The notes beneath the pieces are model-generated. The model was not told where the DNA came from, searched no databases, and saw only the letters and a list, made by a program, of their open reading frames with translations. Shown piece by piece: positions 30,059 through 40,536 of a stretch of DNA of 64,000 nt. The DNA comes from Candidatus Latescibacterota bacterium (GTDB lineage: Bacteria > Latescibacterota > UBA2968 > GCA-2709665), in assembly GCA_965208835.1 (NCBI GenBank), contig OZ242358.1, positions 5,024,001-5,088,000 of the forward strand. Reading direction: 5' to 3'. Position 1 is the stretch's first letter. Every line of letters begins with the position of its first letter. A program made the position numbers and the translations under genes.

Positions 30059-30493
30059 ATGGAACTCATGGACACCCACGACGCGAAGTCAATCAGATAC
30101 CAGAGTAGCCTTGAGGGAATCCGTTCCGACAATCTCAAGGGTCACTTCATGGGTTGGCCCAATCCCCCCTCTCCGGATGCGCATCTCAGGATTCTTCAGG
30201 GCAGCGATTACCTCGTTCTGGCTGTTTCGACGCAAGGAACGGTCGCCGGCTGGATTTCCGCCATTTCGGACGGCGTGTCCTGTGCGTATATTCCCCACCT
30301 CAGCGTACTCCCGGAATACCAGGGTATGGGCATTGGCGCCGAGCTTGTCAGGCGAATGCTCGAACAGGTCGGCCATCTCTACATGATCGACCTTGCGTGC
30401 GACCGGGATGTGGCCGATTTCTACGTCAAGCAGGGGTTTTCCGAGTGCGTGGGCATGGTCGTCCGTAATTTCGAGAGACAAAACTGCGAATAG
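30059..30493 (+). CDS. GNAT N-acetyltransferase
   Basis: AISDG..AYIP.L.VLPEYQGMGIG and FYVKQGF. Confidence 0.88.
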   Translation: MELMDTHDAKSIRYQSSLEGIRSDNLKGHFMGWPNPPSPDAHLRILQGSDYLVLAVSTQGTVAGWISAISDGVSCAYIPHLSVLPEYQGMGIGAELVRRMLEQVGHLYMIDLACDRDVADFYVKQGFSECVGMVVRNFERQNCE

Positions 30494-30634
30494 AGCGGCG
30501 AACCGCGACGATTACATGCGTTAATCGGGGCAAATCGCAGCCAATAAATACTATATATAATATGATAGATACTATATTTGATATATAGAACGCACACAAA
30601 ACATCCTGAAACGCTTGTAATAGAAAATGAAAAC

Positions 30635-31459
30635 ATGAAGATCGTCGATCCGGACAAGGCAGCCGCTTTCGTTCTCGACGCGAATGATCCCGTTCTTTCG
30701 AGTCTCGCCCTGTATGCGCGTGGCAATTGCGGTCGCGAAGAGGTGATAAACGCGCTTCGGGTCTATCAACGGAATGACGGGGGCTGGACGCGAACCGACA
30801 AGGACTTTCAGGGAGACCTGTCCATAATCAGCGCGACGTGGGTAGCCGTGCAATGGTTGAACTGGATCGGAGATCGAAACAGTTCGGTACTTACCGACAC
30901 GGTCGATTATCTTCGAAGAACCCAGCGTGAAGACGGGAGCTGGGATGAGCCGGATGAGATTGTCGATTTCAATCCGCCATTCTGGATGCTGCCCGGGCGG
31001 TACGAGAATCAGGTGTGGCTGACCTCCGCGATCTGTTGTAAACTGAAGGAATCGGGCCGGGAACAACAGGTGGATTACACAAAGGCGCTGGAGTTTCTCC
31101 GGCAGGGCTGGAATGGCGAAAGATTCCCGGTCTACCAGCACACGCATTGGATGACAATGCCTCTGTTGAGTCTGATTGGAACCGGCGACGACGCGGATGA
31201 GAAAATCATCGAAGGCTGCAGGGACGTTCTTTACGATGCCGTGTCCACGGACGGGGCGGACCCGGGAGACACGATCTCGATCGCTTATGCCAGCCACCTT
31301 GCCGGTGAAATCGCGAAAGACCTTTTCGATATATCGCTCGAAAAGGCAATCGGCTTTCAGCAGGATGACGGGGGCTGGACCACGAATCACGGAGACGAAC
31401 ATCGAGCCGCCTTCACGGTCGAAGCGCTGTTTCTGTTCAGGAGAATCGGCGCGGTCTGA
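30635..31459 (+). CDS. Prenyltransferase/squalene-cyclase-repeat protein
   Basis: QW-type repeats YQRNDGGW, TQREDGSW, FQQDDGGW. Confidence 0.7.
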   Translation: MKIVDPDKAAAFVLDANDPVLSSLALYARGNCGREEVINALRVYQRNDGGWTRTDKDFQGDLSIISATWVAVQWLNWIGDRNSSVLTDTVDYLRRTQREDGSWDEPDEIVDFNPPFWMLPGRYENQVWLTSAICCKLKESGREQQVDYTKALEFLRQGWNGERFPVYQHTHWMTMPLLSLIGTGDDADEKIIEGCRDVLYDAVSTDGADPGDTISIAYASHLAGEIAKDLFDISLEKAIGFQQDDGGWTTNHGDEHRAAFTVEALFLFRRIGAV

Positions 31460-31570
31460 ATGCCATGGTGCGCTGGGAAGAAAGACACTGGCAGGTGAAG
31501 ACGCTTGATCTGGCAGCGCAATTTGTCAGTTTGCGCTACGGTGAAAAACAGTCCGTCGAAGCGCGTTCAT

Positions 31571-31676
31571 TGAGCTTGTCGAAATGCCCGCGCTTCGCTC
31601 TCGGAACCATGCCATTCGACCTTCGCCGACCCTTCGACCCTTCGACAGGCTCAGGGACCACAAGCTCAGGGAGCGG
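31571..31676. repeat. REP-like element (TTCGACARGCTCAGG family)
   Basis: TGAGCTTGTCGAA (31571-31583) is inverted relative to TTCGACAGGCTCA (31641-31653), followed by ACAAGCTCAGGGAGCGG; related motif near 60241. Confidence 0.6.
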
Positions 31677-31749
31677 CTCAGCACGCACATGCGGAGGAAC
31701 TCCTGGTGATACCGCCACAGCACAGGAAATTCCTCCAGGGACCTTCGAA

Positions 31750-32460
31750 ATGACGCCTCCATCCAACGATGCGACATCCGATGAGACGGCCCGGTACTAT
31801 GCGGCGCGCGCGCCGGAATACGACCTCAGCGCCGGGTATCTGACTCTCGATGCAGACCCTGTCCGCGTCGCGAAAAAGAGAAGGTTTCAGCAGATTTTTC
31901 GGGGACACGACGTCATCGAGATCGCGTGTGGAACCGGATACTGGACGGCGGTCCTCGCGGAAACCGCAAAGTCGGTTGTCGGAATCGACGTCAATCCGGA
32001 AATGATCTCGCGGGCTCAGTCGAGGTGTGAACGTCTCCCCAACGTGAAATTCCGTCTGGCAGACGCCTATAGCCTCGAGCCAGAGGCAGGCGCATTCACG
32101 GCGGCGTTCGCCGTCTGGTGGTGGTCGCACATTCCCAGGTCCCGCGTGGGAGCGTTTCTGCGATCACTTCACCGAAGGCTGATCCCCGGAGCGCCGGTGC
32201 TGTTTTCGGACCAGCTCGAATATGACGTTCCCAGGATTGACGGCATGGCAACGCAACGGCATGAGGATTCCAACGGCGATACCATCGAACGGCGTGTTCT
32301 CTCGGATGGGCGGGAGTACGACATCGTGAAGAATTTCCCGACCGAACAGGAACTCGTTTCCGCGTTGAGCGGCTTCGGATCGGATATTCAGTACCGCGAG
32401 TGGCCGGGAGAGAAGCATTGGGAGCTGACGTACGTTGCCGCGCAGACAGCCCGAGTTTGA
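31750..32460 (+). CDS. Class I SAM-dependent methyltransferase
   Basis: YYAARAPEYD, IEIACGTGYWT, WWWSHIP, IVKNFPT. Confidence 0.88.
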   Translation: MTPPSNDATSDETARYYAARAPEYDLSAGYLTLDADPVRVAKKRRFQQIFRGHDVIEIACGTGYWTAVLAETAKSVVGIDVNPEMISRAQSRCERLPNVKFRLADAYSLEPEAGAFTAAFAVWWWSHIPRSRVGAFLRSLHRRLIPGAPVLFSDQLEYDVPRIDGMATQRHEDSNGDTIERRVLSDGREYDIVKNFPTEQELVSALSGFGSDIQYREWPGEKHWELTYVAAQTARV

Positions 32461-32543
32461 ACTGGCAAGGCAGCACGAATCGATGGCTCCTGTTCCTCAC
32501 TCCAACTGTTCAGGTTACTCGACGATAATGCAGGGTACATCTG

Positions 32544-33227
32544 ATGAGACGATCATTGGCAATACTGGCAGTTGTGATGGTGAGCATTCCTGACTTTGGT
32601 TGGACAGAGGCTGAAGACCATCTCCACGTTCGAGAGCGGACCGGCTACTCTTCCGAGCCTGTGGGTAGTGCACGGATGGACGAACGCATTACAGAGTCCG
32701 CGTTACGTTACCGCAAACACGGTGCTGTGGCTGCACGGGCCGGGTTTCACGACATTGCGTTTCCAAAGGATAGCAAGGAATTTCACCGTTTGAATGGATA
32801 TGGGCTCCTGGTCGTCACAGCCATCTCGCAGGATAGTTCTGAGCTTCCACTCAGTCGCGTCTACGTACAAGGCGAGGATGGACAGGAAGTCCTGCAGCGG
32901 CTATTTTCAATCTCATCGGCGGTAGAACCTCCGGACGGAGCCGTTGCACAGGTTTTCGGTCCGTTCCGGGCTGATGCCATGTATCTCTTTCCGGTACATT
33001 GGAAGTTTAAGGACAGCAAGCTTCTCACTGATTTCGCGCAGAATCGAAGAGGCTTTCAACTGGCAACCTTCCCCGAACGTATTCCGTCAGCCTTGAAGGC
33101 GCTTCCAAAGGAGAAGCCCACGTCGATTCCTCCATTGGAAGAAATACGACAGTTCGCGCACAGAGAGTATCCTGATCTTGGTCATTTTCTGGTAGAAATG
33201 CAACGGGAAAGACGTAAAGAGGATTAA
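32544..33227 (+). CDS. Hypothetical secreted protein
   Basis: 227-aa ORF with a signal-peptide-like N-terminus; no family recognised. Confidence 0.65.
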   Translation: MRRSLAILAVVMVSIPDFGWTEAEDHLHVRERTGYSSEPVGSARMDERITESALRYRKHGAVAARAGFHDIAFPKDSKEFHRLNGYGLLVVTAISQDSSELPLSRVYVQGEDGQEVLQRLFSISSAVEPPDGAVAQVFGPFRADAMYLFPVHWKFKDSKLLTDFAQNRRGFQLATFPERIPSALKALPKEKPTSIPPLEEIRQFAHREYPDLGHFLVEMQRERRKED

Positions 33228-33304
33228 GTTGCGCTGTTTCGCCTGGAGTTCGTGAGGCCCATTGGATGCAAAGACATTGGCTGTGTCGTGCGCTGTTGAA
33301 GGAA

Positions 33305-33465
33305 CTTCCGTCAAGCGGGTGATCTTCCCTCAAGAGTTTTTATTCTTCATTTCTGCGCGCTCCGACTTCGAGTTTCTTGGATGGCGGAATGACTGGGATC
33401 TGTCAACACCACTGAGCGGCGATGGGAAGATCAACCGTCCGATCATGCTGCTCAGAAGAACATAG
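33305..33465 (+). pseudogene. Probable C-terminal remnant of a SAM methyltransferase
   Basis: RVIFPQEFLFFISARSDFEFLGWRNDWDLSTPL...RPIMLLRR* resembles class I MTase C-termini; no SAM-binding N-terminus upstream. Confidence 0.4.
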
Positions 33466-34118
33466 AAACCGCGCCATCGCCAGCTTCTTCCTTTGCAGGC
33501 ATAATTCATGCGCCCACGTTTCTACAAATCTCGAGACCGACGCTCTTTTTCCCAACGAAGGCAACAAACCGATATATATATGCTGCAGGGAAGTTAAACG
33601 CGAAATCAGACTCTGGTTCAATCGTGAAGTCTATAGGATGCATTCCTGAACATGTTCGGCCTACAAGCTTCAATGCAACATGTTCCCGAATGTTCGCAGA
33701 TCTTCGCATTAGGTATGCGTTACCGTAACTGTTCGGTAATACCGTAGTTATGGGCCATGCCGTGCTTGTGGCGATACACTCAGTGGAAGCGGAGCAAACC
33801 AGGGCGGAGGGGAGTTCCGAATTCGCGGCCGCTCTCCTATTTCAGGGTGTAGAAGGCCGCCATCAGATTCGATCTTGGACGCCGATTGGGTCCGTACCAA
33901 GCCGAATCTTCGGCTGCCACACGTAGATCTCATTAGTGTAGGCCGTGCCTTCTGTGGCGGGGTGTTTTATTAGCGGAGGCACCTTGTGGTCACACACAGG
34001 GTCGAAAGCGCCGTGAACCCTAGGCCGCACCAACCCCTTCCCCAAATCGGGAAAACCAAAACCCGAATCCCGCTTGCGCCCCGCGAATTTGTGAGGGTAT
34101 TGCAAGCCCGGCACCAGC

Positions 34119-34204
34119 CCATAACACGTCCGCTTGCGGCTCAGCCCTGTCGGGCTTCGACCTAACCCGCTGACGCGGGTTCGCAAGCGGCGGGAACGTT
34201 AAAT
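34119..34204 (+). other. attC-like site 1
   Basis: CCATAAC-ACGT-CCGCTTGCG ... CGCAAGCGG-CGGGAAC-GTTAAAT, with nested inverted arms. Confidence 0.7.
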
Positions 34205-34383
34205 GCAAGCAGCGCAAAAGCCCAACCACTCCACCCCGAAAAATCGCGCACAAAACCAAAAACAGGTAAACCAACATGGCAAACGGATTCTATATGAAAT
34301 TTTCAGGAGAGCTCCTAGTCGTTCAGCCAGATGTTGAGTTCCCTCCTGCATCTCTTTGAAGAAATAAAAAAGGATACATTCCC

Positions 34384-35232
34384 ATGATCTTCCTGTGCCC
34401 GCCCGTGCGGCTGGGAAAAACCGCCGAAGAACGAGATGCTTTTCTTCGCAAAGTTGGTGTTTTGAACGTCCAGACCGTCTCTATGGCTACCCCGGCCGAC
34501 TGGGCCGATTCAGATGTGGAAAGCGCCCGGGATTTTCTGGAGGCGCATGAGATTCGCATCGGCGAGTTCAGCGCGTTCCACAAGCGCTTTGCTTCAGACG
34601 ATTTTGAAGTGTATCGTGAGGCTCAGGAGCACTACCGCAGGCAGTTGCACCATGCCCACATTTTGAACGCCCGATGCGTGGGCTTTGCCATTATTTGCGA
34701 CCGGGCCACACCGCAGATGTGGTCCGAAGCAACCTGGCATCGCTGCATTGAGGCGGTGAAGGAACTGGTGGAAGCAGCCGAAGCCGCGCAGATGGACGTG
34801 GCTGCGCACCCCCACATCATCAGCCCGCTCTGCTCACTGGAACGCTATCGGGAACTTCTGGACGCTGTAAATTCTCCTCGCCTCAAGGTGCTGATGGACC
34901 CTGTGAATCTCACCTGGCCGCAAATGGTCTACAACACAGACGATTTGATCAACCGGATCTTCGACGAACTGGCGGATCACATCGTTGCCGTTCATGCCAA
35001 AGACCTTGCCCTTTCGGCAGTGCAGCGCAACGGAAAGCATCTTTCTGTGGTCCACGTGGATGAGGCCGTTCCCGGAACCGGCACCCTGGACTATCACACA
35101 CTCCTTCGCCGGTTGGATGCCCTGGACCACAACGTTAGTGTGCACGTCGAACACTTTGACCAACCCGACACCATTGCCGGTCAGGAATATATTCGGTACG
35201 TGGCCAGAGAACTGGGGATTACATTGCATTGA
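34384..35232 (+). CDS. Sugar-phosphate isomerase/epimerase (xylose-isomerase-like TIM barrel)
   Basis: LKVLMDPVN, VHAKD, PGTGTLDY, VEH. Confidence 0.85.
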   Translation: MIFLCPPVRLGKTAEERDAFLRKVGVLNVQTVSMATPADWADSDVESARDFLEAHEIRIGEFSAFHKRFASDDFEVYREAQEHYRRQLHHAHILNARCVGFAIICDRATPQMWSEATWHRCIEAVKELVEAAEAAQMDVAAHPHIISPLCSLERYRELLDAVNSPRLKVLMDPVNLTWPQMVYNTDDLINRIFDELADHIVAVHAKDLALSAVQRNGKHLSVVHVDEAVPGTGTLDYHTLLRRLDALDHNVSVHVEHFDQPDTIAGQEYIRYVARELGITLH

Positions 35233-35382
35233 ACTCCTAGGGTGTGTACGACAATAGGTTTTTGAGCCGAAAATGGGCCAGATCTGTGTAGGGCGAATGA
35301 ATGAATAGAGACAGAAATTGAAGGTGTGCGCTCTATTTTCGCCCCTGTAAGGGCTTCGCCGTGAAGGGGGCGCGCTGCCAGC

Positions 35383-35513
35383 ATTTAACACGTCCATTTG
35401 TGGCTGCGCTTGTCATCCGGTTTGCTAAAGGTAAAGGCGCAAACCGGCTGCCAATGCTCGACCCAACCCGCCCAAAAGGCCGGGCGGGTTCACAAATGGC
35501 GAGACCGTTATAT
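35383..35513 (+). other. attC-like site 2
   Basis: ATTTAAC-ACGT-CCATTTGTG ... CACAAATGG-CGAGACC-GTTATAT. Its GCATTTAAC is the exact reverse complement of GTTAAATGC ending site 1. Confidence 0.75.
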
Positions 35514-35558
35514 GCAACGGTGCCTAAAGATCGAACACCCCCATCGACTGGCGTTACC

Positions 35559-36176
35559 ATGGACGATCTAAGCGATATACGCGAGATGTACAATACTGGC
35601 TGGGATGCCGAGGCAAACAGGTTGGAGCGCCACCAACTCGAAGCTGATATTACTTGGCGCTATTTGAAGCTCTACCTGCCACCTCACGGCAGGCTCGTCG
35701 AAGTCGGTTTCGGCACGGGGTTTTACACCTTTCCCCTAGCGCGGCGAGGTTACCGGATCACGGCCGTCGACCTTTTTGAATTGCGTAGAAAAGAAAATCT
35801 TGAAAAGGGGCGCGGTCCGTTCTGGCAACTGTACGCCGAAGGCTTCGCGCAACGCATTGAGCATCTTGTCGCGAGCAAACCTACCTGGCACATGGCGACT
35901 GGCATCAACGACGAGACCTGGCTGCCGTGGTGCGAGGAAAACCTGTCGTACCTAGCCTCTGAGTTTCTGGAATCGTCGGATTCCGAGGAGAAGACGAGAA
36001 GATTCTTCGGTCACTGGTACGATCTACGAGGCAAGAAGCAGTGCGGTTACTACCTCGGACACGAAGTATTAGCCAGGATGGAAGAAACAGATCCACTCAG
36101 AACAATCGCGCTCTATCCTGAGCCAGAGAAACGGATCTTGGAGGTAGTGCAGATGATGGCCGGAAACTACGCATAA
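35559..36176 (+). pseudogene. Chimeric ORF: SAM-methyltransferase N-terminus fused to an unrelated C-terminus
   Basis: VEVGFGTGFY..LARRGYRITAVDL breaks off into ...LYAEGFAQ...RRFFG...GYYLGHEV, which resembles DUF2268/DUF5700-type tails. Confidence 0.6.
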
Positions 36177-36252
36177 CACCGTGCCCCCGGCTTCGGGCCA
36201 TTCGGCCCTTCGCGCAACCGCTTCGCGGTTCGGGGGCACGAAGACGTTAGCA
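36171..36252 (+). other. attC-like site 3
   Basis: GCATAAC contains the ORF stop; CGTGCCCCCG ... CGGGGGCACG arms; AAGAC-GTTAGCA. Confidence 0.7.
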
Positions 36253-36607
36253 GCCACGCCAGTCGAAACCAATGACTGCGAATGACCTCCGTGCTGCTCT
36301 GGTTGCGGCGTTACCTGCACTCCTGCTTCCCATTCTCATGACAGCGGGGAGGGTCGTTGAGGTCCTCCGGTTAAACGTGGGAGCGGACCTTCCGCCGGCA
36401 ACCAAAGCGTTCTTCGTCCATTCTCGACGTTGCTCCTGTTAACTCGGGTCCTGAGTTGGTGCCGACAGCCGGGCCTGGGCTGCTGGCTGGGTTCAGCCTG
36501 ATATTTTTCGGCTTCTCGATCATGGTGAGCGGCCGTGAGTCATGGAAGGCCGTTCTCTGCTGTCTCTGCTGTGAAAAAAGACGGTACAGATTTTTGAGGT
36601 CATCGCT

Positions 36608-38866
36608 ATGATCAAGCCAGGTCACGAGTGGGTACGGCGGGCGCGCACCTTTCAGATAGAGCAATACCACCCGCCCTTCTGGCCCGACATCGACTTTGAC
36701 GCGAAGCAGCTCGTCGATGTCGTGCGGAAATACCACGCCAACGCTATCTGGTTCGGCAGCGCGGGTAAGTGGGCGGTCTTCCCCAATGAGTTCTTTCCCC
36801 CGCACCCTCAATTAGGTGAGCGCGACCTGCTCGCCGAGACTATCGCCGAGGCCCATGCGCGGGAGGTGCGCGTCATCGGGTACATTCCCGTGGGGCACAT
36901 TATTCCCGAAGATAACATGCTGATCCATCATCCGGAGTGGATGTACCGCCCCAGCCCCGAAGGCAACGCTCCTGTCCTGAGGCACCACGGCGGCGGATTT
37001 CACCGGCACGTCTGCTTTAACACACCGTACCGAGAGGCTATCTGCGCTTTCATCGCACAAGTGGTGGACCACAACGTCGACGCGATCTACACCGATTCTG
37101 CCTGTCCTTACCATTCGCACCACACCCCGCAGTCACCCTTGTGCTACTGCGACTATTGCCTCGAGAAGTTCGACAGGCAATTCGGCTGCCCGATGCCGTA
37201 TGCACCCGATCCGCACAGCCTGCCTCGGGAAGACCAGGAGATGCTGGAAGCGTGGAGCCTGCAGTACGGCAGGATCGTCGGCGATGTCTTTCTCGAATTC
37301 GCCGCCGCGACGCGAAAGAAGAAGGACATCCCGGTGCTGACGCACGGCCTGGGTGTGGGCAACTGGCCCGAACGCAGGATCGTGGAGGTGCACAATGGAT
37401 TTCTCTACGAGGCCGGGGGCGACTTCCTTCATCGGCTCGAAGCGGCCAGTCTGGCCGAGTCGTCGGGTTGGGCTATGTGGCAATACGTCGGCGCCTTGAC
37501 GGGCTGGTCGCGGACGCAGTGCTTCGGCATGGAACTCGTCGAGGAAGCGGCAGCCAGCTTTGCTTCCGGAGGGGGCGTCCTGTTGGCGTGCGGCGTGAAC
37601 CTCTGGCTGTCGCCTCCCCACAAAGCCAATCGTGAGCTGGTGGAGCTCCTTGAGATCCTGGAGACGAATGAATCACTCTTCGAAGATCTCCACCCGTCAC
37701 CGTTTGTTGCAATTCCATTTGTTTTGCCGGTGCGGGTGTACGAGATGCTCGAGCGGTTGCGGTTCCGCGCCGAGCCCCTGGTGTTGCGCGATCGTCCGCG
37801 CGATGTCATCGGCCAGTTCAAGCAGGACCTCGCCGACCGTCAGGGGGAACTCGAGGCCCCGCTCTCCGAGGCGGGCTATCTCGTGCGCACGCCCCCGCAG
37901 CAATCCTGCCGTCGCGGGTCCTTCTCGACCATGCTGGCCAACCATTTGCCGACGTCGGTGATCGCGGAGCGGGTTCTCTCCGATCCGGCGGCGTTGGCAA
38001 AATATCCTGTTCTGTTTCTGCCCAACGTCGGCCATCTCACGCGGGAGGAAGTCGAGGGCATCACGGAATATGTGAAGGTGGGCGGGCGGCTCCTGGCAAC
38101 GTACCGGACGAGCCTGTACGGTGCCGAGCCCGAGGAGATGCGCGATAACTTCGCCCTTGCGGACCTTCTGGGCGTGGACCGCGTGGACCCGAACCCCGAC
38201 CAGTTCGCTGATTACGAACAACACCTCTGGGCCGCGGGAACGTTCGACACGTACGGTCGGTGCGTTCCGGGTCAATGGCTGGCCGAGGGGTGCTCGCATG
38301 AGCTGTGGCCGATCAATCGGTTCGAGTTCGTCCAGGCGCGGCCGGGAACCGACGTGGTGGCGAACATCGTCTTCGGTGGGCGCGCGGACGACGCTCTGTG
38401 TCCCGCCGTCACCTGCCGGACGGTCGGCAAGGGGCGCGTCGTCTATCTGGCCGCGCCGGTGGAGGAGCTTCATTTCGAATATCGCCTGCTGGTCGTCCGC
38501 GATCTTTTAGGCGCCGTGGTGGATTGGCTCTACCCGGAGGGCCGGCCTTTGATGACCGATGGCCCGAACCAACTCGTGATGATTCCGAATGAAAAACCAG
38601 GAAGCCAGGTGTTGTTTCTGATCAATCACACCGGCGAGCGCGTCGAGCATCTGCCGGAGATCTGGCCGCGCTTCAGCCCACAGTTTGACTATGTGCCCAC
38701 GATACCCGAAGTGAACCTGCGCTGGTGGCTCACGGAGCGGGGCACTCCTCGTCGCGTGTGGGACGTTTGCACGGGAGATGACCTGGAGGTCACGTTCGAC
38801 GGAAACTACCTGGAAACCACATTATCGAACATCGGACAGTACGCGATGATTGCCGCTGAGTTCTGA
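36608..38866 (+). CDS. Putative glycoside hydrolase (GHL6-like TIM barrel + beta-galactosidase trimerisation-like domain)
   Basis: HPQLGERDLLAE..AEAH, HPEW, VCFNTPY, CYCDYC..KF, LFLPNV, GGRLLATYRTSLY, GKGRVVYL. Confidence 0.8.
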   Translation: MIKPGHEWVRRARTFQIEQYHPPFWPDIDFDAKQLVDVVRKYHANAIWFGSAGKWAVFPNEFFPPHPQLGERDLLAETIAEAHAREVRVIGYIPVGHIIPEDNMLIHHPEWMYRPSPEGNAPVLRHHGGGFHRHVCFNTPYREAICAFIAQVVDHNVDAIYTDSACPYHSHHTPQSPLCYCDYCLEKFDRQFGCPMPYAPDPHSLPREDQEMLEAWSLQYGRIVGDVFLEFAAATRKKKDIPVLTHGLGVGNWPERRIVEVHNGFLYEAGGDFLHRLEAASLAESSGWAMWQYVGALTGWSRTQCFGMELVEEAAASFASGGGVLLACGVNLWLSPPHKANRELVELLEILETNESLFEDLHPSPFVAIPFVLPVRVYEMLERLRFRAEPLVLRDRPRDVIGQFKQDLADRQGELEAPLSEAGYLVRTPPQQSCRRGSFSTMLANHLPTSVIAERVLSDPAALAKYPVLFLPNVGHLTREEVEGITEYVKVGGRLLATYRTSLYGAEPEEMRDNFALADLLGVDRVDPNPDQFADYEQHLWAAGTFDTYGRCVPGQWLAEGCSHELWPINRFEFVQARPGTDVVANIVFGGRADDALCPAVTCRTVGKGRVVYLAAPVEELHFEYRLLVVRDLLGAVVDWLYPEGRPLMTDGPNQLVMIPNEKPGSQVLFLINHTGERVEHLPEIWPRFSPQFDYVPTIPEVNLRWWLTERGTPRRVWDVCTGDDLEVTFDGNYLETTLSNIGQYAMIAAEF

Positions 38867-38955
38867 TTCAATGACATTTCGTTCCGATGATTGTCACATC
38901 CCACTAACAAACTCAAATCGCAAATGCGACGATCTGTGAGAGAAAGGGTTGCCTC

Positions 38956-40536
38956 ATGGCCGAAAAGGAAAAATACCTCTTCGATGTTCCACGGAGCGGG
39001 TCCATGGCGCTGATGACCGAGGAGCAGAGGTGGGCCTTCGAGCTCGACGGCTATATCCTCCTCCCGAGCCTGCTCGGCGCACCAGCAGCGGCGCACGCCA
39101 CACCCGCCGCTCTGGCTGAGCATCCGGACTTGCTGGCTGCGATCAATCAGCTGGCCGGCGGGGAGTTGCCACTGTGGCACCGCGCTGCGTACGACGGTAC
39201 TGAAGGAAAGGCACAGGAGTTCCACACGATCAAGTTTGAGCTGGACCGGCCGCCGCGCCGCCTGACCAAAGAGGGGCAGTGGGCCAATGATCTGACGGTG
39301 GATGAGCAGCGCCGGCTGGGCTACGACACGACCAGCCGGCCCGACCGGGTGTGCGTCTGGGGGCTGCGCGCGCTGTGGGCCGTGGGCGACAGCTGCGTGG
39401 TGGTGTGCCCCGCGTCGCACAAAGCCAACGTCCAGCCGCCCCCGAGCATGGCGCGCGCCGAGGAGCTCGGGGCGACGGAGCGCGTGCAGCTCCGCGCTGG
39501 CGACTGTCTGCTCGCGGTTGCCACCACGCTGGTCGGCGCCGCCCCAGGCTCCTCGCTGCAGGAGTGCGTCTTTTGCGACGACACCCGCTACCCTGGGGGG
39601 CCCTTCGGCCACGGCGCGACGGGTGCGGACAGCTGGCTGGATGAGCTCACGCCGGCGCGCCGAGCGCTGGTGGCCGGCCCACCACGCGGCCTCGGCCACG
39701 ACGGACGGCCCCTTAGCAACGAGCAGCAGCTGGCGCCGTCGCTGCTGGACGTCAACACGCGACCTGACGCTCCGAACCACGAGGAGGTCTGGTTCTGGGA
39801 CCTGAGAGGCTACCTGGTGCTGCCTGGCGTGATGGACCGCGAGTGGTTAGTGCAGTGCAATGCAGCGCTCGACTCGCCCTTCGCCGAAGCCAACCGTCGG
39901 CCGGTGGGCTTTTCGAGCAGTGTCGTGGGCGAGTACCCGGACTACGAGGGCTGTTCGCAGACTATTGCCCCGGCCCCGGGCACGCGCTGCACCGAAGAAC
40001 GCGTCTCGCAGACCTGGACCCATCCCCCACCCTTCAGCGATGGCTTTCGACGCATGATCGACAATCCGCTCGTGAACGCGCGCCTGAAGTGGATGATCGA
40101 CCCGGGCTTCGTCATGACGACGTGCTACACCATCGTCAGCCGCGACGGGGCGGCCGGCCAGCCCCTGCATGGCGGCTGGTTTTACGGCGCCGGCCCTAAC
40201 TATCAATTCCGGGACGGACAGCCTCGTACGGAGCAGGTGAACATCGGCTGGCTGCTCCAGGACGTCGAGACGGCGACGGGCGACGGCGGACTGATGTTAG
40301 TCCCCGGAAGCCACAAAGCGCGGCTGCCGCTGCCGCGCCCGAAGCAAACCAGCTGCGACCTGCCGCAGGTCAAGCATATGCAGGGGGTTGCCGGGACGGT
40401 GATCATGTACCCGGGCACGACGACGCACGGCGTGCGCAGCTGGCGCAACCCCAATCGCGAGCGGCGCTTCGTCAACACCAAAGCGGGACCCAATATACGG
40501 CGGCCTGAGCGCGAGGGCGCGCAACCGGGCCCCTGA
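38956..40536 (+). CDS. Tandem PhyH-family dioxygenase (degenerate N-domain, intact C-domain)
   Basis: AFELDGY...CPASHK, then FWDLRGY...PLHGG...VPGSHK...THGV..W...RR. Confidence 0.8.
   Translation: MAEKEKYLFDVPRSGSMALMTEEQRWAFELDGYILLPSLLGAPAAAHATPAALAEHPDLLAAINQLAGGELPLWHRAAYDGTEGKAQEFHTIKFELDRPPRRLTKEGQWANDLTVDEQRRLGYDTTSRPDRVCVWGLRALWAVGDSCVVVCPASHKANVQPPPSMARAEELGATERVQLRAGDCLLAVATTLVGAAPGSSLQECVFCDDTRYPGGPFGHGATGADSWLDELTPARRALVAGPPRGLGHDGRPLSNEQQLAPSLLDVNTRPDAPNHEEVWFWDLRGYLVLPGVMDREWLVQCNAALDSPFAEANRRPVGFSSSVVGEYPDYEGCSQTIAPAPGTRCTEERVSQTWTHPPPFSDGFRRMIDNPLVNARLKWMIDPGFVMTTCYTIVSRDGAAGQPLHGGWFYGAGPNYQFRDGQPRTEQVNIGWLLQDVETATGDGGLMLVPGSHKARLPLPRPKQTSCDLPQVKHMQGVAGTVIMYPGTTTHGVRSWRNPNRERRFVNTKAGPNIRRPEREGAQPGP

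Noticed and set aside
33819-33833. GAATTCGCGGCCGCT (EcoRI-NotI, linker-like)
   Set aside because: No adjoining vector sequence; a short match is insufficient evidence of contamination.
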